Positions 53,860 to 64,000 of a stretch of 64,000 nt of DNA are shown one piece after another (positions within the stretch are counted from its first letter, which is position 1; every line of letters begins with the position of its first letter). Source of the DNA: Carcharhinus amblyrhynchos. Its lineage: Eukaryota. Under the pieces are notes generated by a model, which saw only the letters and a list, made by a program, of their open reading frames with translations, did no database searches and was not told the origin of the DNA. The position numbers and the translations under genes are program-made. The stretch covers positions 63,922,001-63,986,000 of the forward strand of contig OZ336876.1 in the NCBI GenBank assembly GCA_965287045.1. The letters are read 5' to 3'.

Positions 53860-55735
53860 GTGAAAACATTAGCTAGGAGGAGACATTCCTTTGGGGAGAG
53901 GTTGCACCTCAGCTGAACTGGAATACATATCTTCACAGGGTATTTACTAGTACTTTTATGGAGGATTTAAACTAGACTGGCAGGGGGATAAGAACCTGAG
54001 CAGGGGGACACAAGCGAGGGGAAACAAATACATGAAACACAGAAAAATAGAAAGCATAAGCAGAAGGCAAAGGAAACAAGGACTAGCAGAAAATAGAGCC
54101 ACAGTTCAAAAAATGTATAAAAATGTTAAAAAGACTAATCTGAAGACACTATATTTCAATGCACAGAACATAAGAAAATAGACAAATTAATAGCACAAAT
54201 AAATGTCAACAGGTATGATATGATTGCAATAATAGAGACATGGTTGCAGGATGACCAAGGCTGCAAACTCAGTATAAGGGTATTCAGTATTTAGGAAGGA
54301 CAGACAAAGTGGAAAAGATCAGTTGGCATTGTCAGTCACAAATGAAGTCAGTACAAGAGTGAGAAGAAGATATTGGCACAAAAAAATCTAGATGTAGAAT
54401 CAGTCTCGGTAGAGCTAAGAAGCAACAAGGGAAGGAGCACACTGGTGAGAGTTGTCTACAGGCCTACACACAGTGGTAAAGTTAGGGATAGCATTAAACA
54501 GGAAAGTAGAGATGCATTCGTCAAGGGTATCTACAATAACCATGGGTGACTTTATATGTAGACTAGGTAAACCAAATTAGCAATAATACTGTGGCAGATC
54601 AATTCCTGGGATGTGATGGTGTTTTAGACCAGTACATCGAGAAACCAACTTGAACAGGCTATCCTAGATTTCATATTGTGCAATAGTAGGGGTAAATTAA
54701 TAATCTTTTTGTGCAGGATCTTTTGGTAAACAGTGACCATAATTTTATATAATTCTTCAATAGGATGGAAGATGATGAAGTCTGATCCAAAACTAGAATC
54801 CTAAATCTAAACAAAGGAAGCTATATAATTTTGAAGCATATGTTTGCAAAAATAGATTGAGGAACTTCATTGAAAGGCATGATGGTGGATAGGCAATGCT
54901 AATATTGAACAAACAGCTGTATGCATTGCAGCAGTTGGAAAGTACCTTCCTTCCTGGCTCAACAAGACTCAACAAGAAAAGCAGCCCAACCATGGCTAAC
55001 AAAAGAAATTAAGAATAGTATTAGATCCCAACGGTGAATCATAAGGAAGTGTAGCAAACCTGAGGATTGAAGCACTTTAGAATTCAGCAAAGGAGGACCA
55101 AGAGATTGATTAAAATGGGAAAAATAAAGCTTGAGAGTAAACTTTCAAGTAATATAAAAGTAGACTATTCAATCTTCCCTAAGTATGTAAAAAGAAAAAG
55201 ATTAGAGAAGACAAGTATAGATCCCTTACAGTCCAAAATAGGAAAATTTATTATAGGGAACAAGGAAATGGCAGCGCAATTAAAGAACTATTTTAGTTTT
55301 GTCTTCATGGAGGAAGACACAAATAATTTCCCAGAAATGGGAGAGAACCAAAGGCCTAGTGAGAAGGAGGAATTGAAGGAAATTAGTATTACTGAAAAAA
55401 AGTGCTGCAGAAATTATTGGGACTGAAAGTTGATAAATCCCCAAGGCCTGAGGGTACTAAAGGATGTAGCCAGGGAGATGGTTGTTATTTGCCAAAATTT
55501 TGTAGACCCTGGAATAGTCCTGGCAGATTGGAGGGTGGCAAATGTAATCCCACAATTTTAAAAAAAGAAGGAAGGAGAAAACTGTGAATTACACACTGGT
55601 TAACCTAAAATCAGTAGTCAGGAAAATGTAAGAGTATTATTAAGGATATGATAGCAGGACACCTAGAAAATATCAGTGGGATCAGAAAAAGTCAACAGGG
55701 ATTTGTGATAGGGAAATCATGTTTGACAAACCTAT
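53860..55735 (+). mobile_element. CR1 LINE 5' half (end of ORF1, endonuclease, start of RT), decayed
   Basis: YFNA, MGDF and SDHN-like motifs; VDKSP; QQGFVIGKSCLTNL. Confidence 0.8.
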
Positions 55736-55868
55736 GGATGCTAGAAATGTTCAGCAGAACTGCAGTACCTGTGGAGAGAGAAACAGCCTTAACATTTCGG
55801 ATCTGTGATCATTTATCAGATTATCTCCATAGCTGTTGCCAGTGCTGCTGAGCATCTCCAGTATTTCC
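55735..55868. mobile_element. Old Penelope-type relic (second family) with decayed hammerhead
   Basis: ctgtggagagagaaacag...tttcggatctgtgatcatttatcaga resembles 17095-17145; minus strand reads CTGATAA...GAAA; short inverted tail. Confidence 0.45.
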
Positions 55869-56526
55869 CCATTAATGTGACAGCCTGTGACTCTGTAGTT
55901 CCCCGCTGTGGTCACCAGGTGGTAACATGGGATCGAATTGGCATTCTTCCTCTGAGAATTTTTAATTTTCCCTTTTTCCTTAACTGTAGTTTCTAGTTTT
56001 CATTTTCAGGAGTTGCAGAAAATGTTTTGAAATTAAAAATAGAGTTACAGTAACAAAATGAAATTTATCTACTGCATTGTTCTTTGCGTTTTCTAATGCT
56101 TTCACTGAAGGTTTTAAGGTGCAGTCTGCCTCAAAAGGACTGGGCTTCAGCTAACATTTCTTAATTTATGAACTCTATAGCATCCTCTCTCCACTACCAA
56201 TGAGCTTTTCAGCATTCATCTAATCTTCTTTCCTTTGGCTTCCATGTTTTTGGTTACATCCCTGTGAAGCCTAATTGCAAGTTGTAGTGTAGTATAAAAG
56301 TCGGGCACATAAAGGGTTGATGTGAGCTGAGTAGCAACCACATAATGATGTAAGAGGACATGTGACCTGCACCTAGAGGTCAATATAGTATTGAATGGAA
56401 CCATGTGTAGAAGCAAGCATGGAGAGGGATTTTAGCTTGGATCTTTATTGTGCCTAAGTACATAGTTCCTAGCAGTTTATAAGTGCTTGTTGAGTTGCCT
56501 AAGACTATAAATAGTTTAATAATACC

Positions 56527-59500
56527 TAGAATCATACAGCACAGAAGAGGCCCTTCAGCCCATCGAGTCTGCAATGGAAACACCTGAACTCCCACCTAAT
56601 CCCATCTACCGGCGCTTGGCCCATAGCCCTGAATGTTGTGGTGGGCCAATTGCTCATCCAGATGCTTTTTAAAGGATCTGAGGCAACCCACCTCCACCAC
56701 CCTCCCAGGCAGTGCATTCCAGACTGTCACCATCCTTTGGATAAAGAAGTTCTTCCTCACATCTGAACCTCCTGTCCTTCACTTTGAACCTACGTCCCCT
56801 CGTGATTGATCCTTCAATTAATGGAACAGCTGCTTCTTATCCACTCTGTCCATGTCAGTCATAATCTTGTACACCTCAATCAGGCCACCCCTCAGTCTTG
56901 TCTGCTCCAATGAAAACAACCCAAACCTACGCAACTGCTCTTCATAACTTAAATGTTCCATCCCAGGAAGCATCCTGGTGAATCTCCTCTGCACCCCCTC
57001 CAATGTAATCACATCCTTCTGATAATGTAGCAATCAGAACTGCACATACTACTCCAGCTATGGCCTCACCAAAGTTTTCTACAACTCCAGCATGATTTCC
57101 CTGCTTTTGTAATCTGTGCCTTGAATGATAAAGGCAAATGTCCCATATGCCCTTTTCACCACCCTTCTAACATGCCCTTCCACTGTCAGAGATCTGTGGA
57201 CAAACGTACCAAGATCCCTTTGTTCCACAGAACTTTCTAGTGCCGTACCATTCATTAAGTGCTTTCTTGTCAAATTACTCCTTCCAAAGTGTATCACCTC
57301 ACACTTTTCAGGGTTAAATTCCATCTGCCACTTATTTGACCATTCCGTCTATATCCTCTTGTAGCCCAAGACATTCTGCCTCACTGTTAACTACACGTCC
57401 AATTAACTAATCCTGTCCCCCACAAAGTCATCAATGTAATTTATATAAATGAAAAATAATAAGGAGCCCAACACAGACCCCTGTATGCCATTGGACACTG
57501 GCTTCCAGTCACTAAAGCAGCTTTCTGGTGTCATCATCATCTCTCTCCTACACTGAGACAATTTTCAATCCATTTTATCAAATTACTCTGTATCCCTTGT
57601 GAATTTACATTCTTTACAAGTCTCCCACTTGGGAACTTGTCAAAGGCTTTGCTGAAATCCATATAAACTACATTACCCTCATCTATACATCTGTTCACCA
57701 CCCCAGAAAATTTAATCAAATTTGTTAAGCATGACCTCCCTCTGACGAAGCTATGCTGACTATCCCTATCAAGCTTTGCCTCTCCAAGTAGAGATGGATG
57801 CTCTCCTTCAGAAGTTTCTCTAATAGCTTCTACCACTGATGTGAGACTCACTGGTCTGTAGATCCCGGTTTATGTCTACAACCCTTCTTAAATAGTGGAA
57901 CTACATTAGCTGTTCTCCAGTCATCTGGCACCTCTCCAGTGAGATGTCTCACAACACCAGGTTAAAGTCCCACAGGTTTATTTGGTAGCAAAAGCCACTA
58001 GCTTTTGGAGTGCTGCTCCTTCTTCAGGTAAGTGGGAGTTCTGTTCACAAAGAGGGCATATAAAGACACAAACTCAATTTACAAAATAATGGTTGAAATC
58101 TGAGTTTTTACAGGTAATCAAGTCTTAAAGGTACAGACAATGTGAGTGGAGAGAGGGTTAAACACAGGTTAAAGATGTGTATTGTCTCCAGCTGGGACAG
58201 TTAGTGAGATTTTGCAAAGCAGGTAAGTCACAGGGGTTACAGATAGTGTGACATGAACCTAAAATCCCGGTTGAGGCCGTCTTCATGCATGCGGAACTTG
58301 GCTATCAGTGTCTGCTCAGCGACTCTGCATTGTCAAGTGTCGTGAAGGCTGCCTTGGAGAATGCTTACCTGAAGATCAGAGGCCGAATGCCTGTGACTGC
58401 TGAAGTAACTCGCATTCATTCACGTTGTCTGTACTTTTTAAGATTTGATTACTGTAAAGACTCGCATTCCAACCATTATTTTGTAAATTGAGTTTGTGTT
58501 TTTATATGCCCTGTTTGCGAACAGAAGGAGCAGTGCTCCGAAAGCTAGTGGTTTTTCGACCAAATAAACCTGTTGGACTTTAACCTGGTGTTGTGAGACT
58601 TCTTACTGTATTTACCCCTGTCCAATGCCAGCATCTCCACATCATGACCTCCCCAGTGGCCAGAGTAGAATTGAAAATTTAGATGAGAGCCCCTGCAATC
58701 TCCTCCCTGGCCTCCCATAGCAGCCTAGGGCACAATTAATCCAGACCAGGAGATTTATCCACTTTAAAGGTAGTCAACACCTCCAATACCTTGTCCTTTC
58801 CAATGCCAATTTGCTCAAGAACCTGTGTCTCTCCCTGAATTCCATACTATCATCCTCATTTTCTTGGGTGAAGGCAATGTGAAGGATACAGTCAATCGGT
58901 ATCCTGTGGCTCCACTCACAGATTGCTTCCTTGGTCCCTAATGGGTCTTACTCTTGCCCTGGTTATTCTCTTCCCACTTCTATATTTATAGAATATGTTG
59001 GGATTTTCCCTACTTTTACCAGTCACCGGTTTCTCGTATCCCCCTTTGCATTTCTAATTGCTTTCTTAAGCTCCACTCTGCACTTTCTATGCCTCACTAA
59101 TGCCTCAACTAATTTGCTCCCTTGTACTTTCTTTTCCTTCTCGTTGTATCCTGAATATCTGTGGTCTTCCATGGTTTTCTGGGCTTGTTATTTCTCACCT
59201 ATCACCCTAGAGGGAACACACTGGGCTTGCACCCTCTCCATTTCTTTTTTGAATGCTCTCCACTGCTCTTCAGTAGACTTTCCCATTTGTAGCTGTTCCC
59301 AGTCTACCTTGGCCAGATCCTGTCTTTTTTACTAAAATCCACTCTTCCCCCAGTCCAAAACTCTTTTTTTGCAGCTTGTCTATTTCCTTGTCCGTAATGA
59401 GCTTAAATTGTACCATGTTGCGATTGCTCTTACTAAAATGCTCCACTGCCACCACCTCAACCACCTGTCAGGCTACATTCCCCAGAATCAGGTCCAGCAG

Positions 59501-59600
59501 AGCTCCCTCCCTTCTTAGACCCTCCACATATTGATTTAAAAAGTTCTTCAATACACATTTCAAGAAATCTACACCATCCAAGCCATTAACACTATATATC
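56527..59600 (-). mobile_element. CR1 LINE with Penelope insert
   Basis: MEFNPEKCEVIHFG, YMDFSKAFDK and REGALLDLILGN motifs. Confidence 0.9.
57942..58646. mobile_element. Penelope-like insertion with inverted terminal segments, inside a CR1
   Basis: Minus-strand terminal repeat and GIY-YIG end (57942-58407) followed by a plus-strand terminal repeat (58410-58646); TSD acct(c/t)ccagtg-like 12-mer at 57930-57941 and 58647-58658 with one mismatch. Confidence 0.8.
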
Positions 59601-59896
59601 ACAGCTACTGTTGGAAAAATGTAAACGCAGAGATCGTGAATGCTATTATTGTGTGGAATCCACCAACACTGTTGGGGTAGATGTGATGAGATAACACAGT
59701 GTGTGGGCTGAACTGGGATAATTTGTAAATACATTGGATAAGGACTTGGCAGATTGTAGTGTAAGGATCTGGCACATAAAGGGTTACCATGGACTCAGTA
59801 TAGTACCACCTATATAAGAGAGTATGTGACCAACACATGGTGGTTGGTGTAATGTTGGACAGAGCCATGTGTGGAAGCAAGCATTGACATAGCTAT

Positions 59897-60635
59897 GGGG
59901 CGGAATTCTCCCCTCAAAAATTCGAAGTGTCAAATTTGCATGAAAACTGGAGTAATTCATGTTGTTTTTTCAGTGGGAATTTGGAGGAAAATCTCCCACG
60001 CTCTCTGCACTGCAGAGGCTACCAGCATGAATATAATTAAATTTCAGGAGGCTGGGCCTATCCCCATTGGAGAGGCTGAAATCAGCGCACTGAGCGGGGT
60101 ACTGAGAGTGCACTGATCTGTCAGTATTGAGAGAGTGCATGTGCAGAGGCTTCACACTGATGGCCTCCCGATTGCTGACCAGCTCAATCGCTGGCCCCAA
60201 GACCATTCCTGAGCCCAATCGCTGGCCTCCCTGTTTCCCCCATTGATCCCTATGCAGAGTGGCAGTAGGGCCCCCCCAAATCCCCTGTTCCCTTGGCACT
60301 GTCCCCTGGGCTTTGGCACTTTGGCAGTGCTAGGGATACAGGCTGGCACTGCCAAGATGCCAATGCCATTGGGGAACCCCCCCACCCTGAGCCCAATCCT
60401 CTAAGGGTCCCTGATTGCACCCCCACCTTCGCTCCAGTGGCATCAGGCTGCTAGCTCCCTGAAAGTGGAGAGCTACTATAATCCCCATTGGAGTGAAATA
60501 CTCTGGCGGGGTAGGAGATGCCAGTTGAAGTCTCTGAGTCTCACCATTGATTTCTGGTGCACAATAGACGCTATCGAAAATCTGATGCTGGAAGATGTAA
60601 GTGGGTACGAATCAGCTGGCGCGAGAATTTCCTGT
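59897..60635. mobile_element. Non-autonomous DNA element with GGGC-type TIR
   Basis: gggcggaattctccc ... gcgagaatttcc; GC-rich body with internal inverted segments. Confidence 0.55.
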
Positions 60636-61863
60636 AGCAAATCCAGCGCAACGGATGGCACAATTGCAGCCCCTATGTTGGATCTTTACTTCTGTAGATA
60701 GTTTCTAGTATTTAATAAATACTTGCTATTGAGTCAACTAAGGTTATGAATACCTTAATAAGACCTACTGAACTATACCTGACACTTTACAACACACTGA
60801 GCATAATTTTGATTTTGGTTGGCAATGTTAAACATTGTTATTCATCTCTCCTGATTGTCATTTTTATTAACATCCAGTAACCCTTCACCCTGTACCTTCC
60901 ATTTGGTCTCCTGATCCTCATCTGTGAGTTGCTCTGCACTCCATTCACACCCATTCCACAATACTGGCATTTAAATGAAGTTTTGTGGTTAGAATACTGT
61001 TGACCTGAAATGTGTAAATAGTCTAAACTCATACCAGTTTATATCAACCTCCTTGCTGGTGAGATAAAAGATGCTGGCCTAGAAAAAAATCAACCAGTAC
61101 TTTGGTTCTTGTAAACCTGTCAAACCAGCTGCATGCTATGAGTAATATGCTCTGAAGCATAAAATAGCAGCTGTTATTTGTCACAATGTGTTGTAGCTTT
61201 AACATTGAAAATGCACATTATAGCAATTCCTACAGGAATAGCAGGTATTGGAAGTACTTATAATGTATGTTCAATGGAGTAAATGTCTTGTTTATTGAAT
61301 TTGATACATTATATAGCTGGATATGTACAAGTCGTTAAGTTTTATGAAGGGCAGCTAAAGAAATATATGTAGGTTAGGGGGTTAAGAATGATGTAAAGGA
61401 TCTGAATGCAGTGGTGGACAAAATGCAGCCCATTTAAATATTTCACATGTACAATTGAAATATTTTTTATCATGAAACATGACAGCTAAATCAAAATAAA
61501 TACTATTTAAACATAGCCCAACTACAAAATTCACAAATGTAGCATCATGTAGGGCAACAATTGCACAATTTAGTACCATAATATTTTAAATTACGTATTT
61601 GATCTCACTAAAGTTGAGCTGAATACAAAGAAAAATGCGTTGATTTTTATTTTGCTAATTTGCTGTTAGAATCAATCTAATTATCTGCACAAAAAATGTA
61701 ACAAATGAACATCAATGGGTGTAGTACTGATGGTAAAGAGGTTGCAAAGGACTTTTCATGAATGTATCACTTGTCAATGCTAAACAGTAATGAATATTTT
61801 TCCATTCATTCGTGGTCAAATTAAAAATGACCATCTTGATAACTGATTTCTTTTCCTTTATAG

Positions 61864-61935
61864 TCTTCATTAAAGCGACGAGGAAGTAAAGACCTGCAAA
61901 AATCTGAGAAGAAATCTCAACAGGTCACTCACGAG
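61864..61935 (+). CDS. SOGA3: SOGA3/MTCL3 coding exon (24 aa), absent from the ORF track
   Basis: Polypyrimidine tract plus tttatag| acceptor; SSLKRRGSKDLQKSEKKSQQVTHE continues the recalled SOGA3 sequence (LKRRGSKD..KSEKK); donor GAG|gtattg; 72 nt, phase 0. Confidence 0.9.
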
Positions 61936-62042
61936 GTATTGTGATTATTAAGAGGTTTATAATAGATTTTTGACAGTACCATGACAATTTTTCAGGAGAC
62001 CTTTTGAAGACTAATAGTGGCCACTGTGTGGATTAAAAGGCA

Positions 62043-62363
62043 TGATGTGGGTATGCCAGCGTTGGACTGGCGTAAACACAGTGAAAAGTCTGACAACACC
62101 AGGTCTGGAGACAATACACATCTCTTTAAACTGTGATCAGTGCTCCTTCCACTCACATTATCAGCCACTTCAGGTCTTGAACAGCAGGTTAGGTGTAAGG
62201 ATTTGCATTCTAATCAGTAATCTCTAAACTGTCTGTGCTTTATATGTTCTGTCTGAGGCCAGAACTCTCCATTCACCTGACGAAGGGGCTAACCCCGAAA
62301 GCTTGTGAGTATATTATCAACTAAATAGGTTGGACTAAAACCTGGTGTTGTCAGACTTTTCAC
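62043..62363 (+). mobile_element. Short Penelope-like insertion carrying an intact hammerhead
   Basis: TSD tggattaaaaggca at 62029-62042 and 62364-62377; perfect 25-bp inverted repeat 62079-62103 / 62341-62365. Confidence 0.8.
62271..62310 (+). ncRNA. Minimal type I hammerhead ribozyme motif (Penelope-associated), apparently intact
   Basis: ATTCAC-CTGACGA-A-GGGG-CTAA-CCCC-GAAA-GC-TT-GTGAGT: core CUGANGA...GAAA...UH, 4-bp stem II, 6-bp stem I, palindromic AAGCUU in place of stem III. Confidence 0.8.
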
Positions 62364-64000
62364 TGGATTAAAAGGCACCATTTTTAATAGAAACTAAAAG
62401 ACGCAATATTTTATATGGCTTTGAGGATTAATTGTCCAAATTTGTATCAATGTGACTTATGGGGGCTTAGAATGGCACTCAAAAGTTGCAGCACTGTTCT
62501 TATTGCTGCATTCACAACCACCGCCCCCAATGGGTTCACAGGCATTGCCAGCTGGTCTTGGAACTGGACAGCCAGAGTGACTACCTGGTCCAAGCTGACA
62601 CCACATTAAGATATGTACGTAGGGGTCCCATGATGTGCAGGCATATAGGAACTCAATTCAATTTGCCAGACCTAATGAGCAGAATGAGCTCAGCACATGC
62701 TGTAAGTATTGGTACCTAAATGTAAAACAGCCTAACTACTAATCCTTAACAGGATCACTGCAGAGTAATCAGAGCTCAAAAAACGGCCCCATTAAGTTTT
62801 AAAATATTTATGGAGTCAGAAAGAACATTAGAGCTTATGCAAGTCCATCCCATTGACTATCGGGCCTTCATGTACTCATACTCAGCCTGTCCCCCAATGT
62901 ACTCCCTGTGATTGCCTCTCCTGTTGCACTTTCACTTCCATTTCACTTGCACTTTCTCAGTTCTGGGGAGAAGTCATCAAATTTTGTGTGCCTCCTTAGC
63001 TCAGTAAGCTGTTTTTGAGTGTTGTTTCGATAATGACACCTCTCTATTTCAAATGAAAACCAATCATTAAAGTGGCTTGGGCACCACATGAGGACATTAA
63101 GTGGGTGACACAGTCCCTGCCCACTGTACACCTTAAATCCACTGAAGTAAGAATCAGTGTCATGAAGTTAGAATATTACACCATCCTTAGCTTTGCATCT
63201 CTTCTAGCTTTTTTTTGATGTTCTCCACTGCTTTATATCAGCAGTGGCAGTGCAAATTCATCATTAAGCTCTGGAAGCATGATCAGAGTGGCCAACATCC
63301 ATCAAACCTATGCACTTTTATTTGGGCATGAGATCATTCGTCAGCAGCCTCACCAAAAACCAACAAGATGCTTATTGTCAGGTGGCATTGAGCAGCATAA
63401 TGGTCTCCTGAAAGCTGCATGCATATGTGCAAGTTTTGTGCAATTGACATTCATTACTTAGTGTGTAACCTTTAGGAAAATGTTAAGGGAGTGCAGATTT
63501 CCTTTCAACATAATTTTTTATTCAATCATCATCACACTAACTGCTGCAATGTTTACCTTTGGATTTATTTTCTCCAATCTCACTGTTTCTCATTGACCAT
63601 TTTTACCTGTTGGCCTTTGACACTGTTTCCTCCCAGGTTCACTCTCTCCCAAAAACTAAGTATGTGCAGAGATTAAACCTGAGTGTTATTGGTACCACAA
63701 ACTAATGAGAAACAGCACTCCTGAAGTATTGTGTTGAAGTGTCAATCTGAATTACTCTCTTAAGGCTTACAGAACAACATTTGAACTGAGAGCCTTCAGA
63801 CTCAAGTATGATCACGATGCCAGCTGAGCTAATTTGGCACTGACATAATTAATGTATTCATCAGTCCATGCCTGTAGAGCAGTGGTTCCCAAGTAGTGTG
63901 CCATGGAGATCCTCCAATTGTGTCATGAAAAAAAGATTCAAAATTCATGCAATTAAACTAACATCAACCTTCATCTTCAGCTCTGAGGTTGGGTTTTCCA

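Noticed and set aside
63020-63420. Integrase-like words (WAPHEDIKW, GGIEQHNGLLK)
   Set aside because: Spacing does not fit an integrase core and there is no other support

Overview
Vertebrate genomic DNA, almost certainly a shark/elasmobranch, judged from HE1-type SINEs and dense CR1-type LINEs. It is AT-rich and repeat-dominated, with one N-gap (11729-12111). The only host protein-coding gene I can support is the 5' part of SOGA3/MTCL3 on the + strand, as four coding exons: 24919-25611, 25924-26148, 26392-26550 and 61864-61935. It has a probable GC-AG intron of about 35 kb and a probable non-coding first exon/promoter near 16 kb. The rest is transposon relics: many CR1 copies (one young, intact 3' fragment nested inside an older CR1), L2, RTE/BovB, Rex/Babar, Harbinger transposase and Myb relics with MITEs, solo LTRs and several SINE families. 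The most notable non-obvious signal is a set of short Penelope-type insertions with inverted ends and 12-14 bp target-site duplications that carry minimal hammerhead ribozyme motifs of two families. One motif (62271-62310) looks fully intact and is sense to the SOGA3 pre-mRNA. Family names come from motif recognition, not database searches, and repeat boundaries are approximate.
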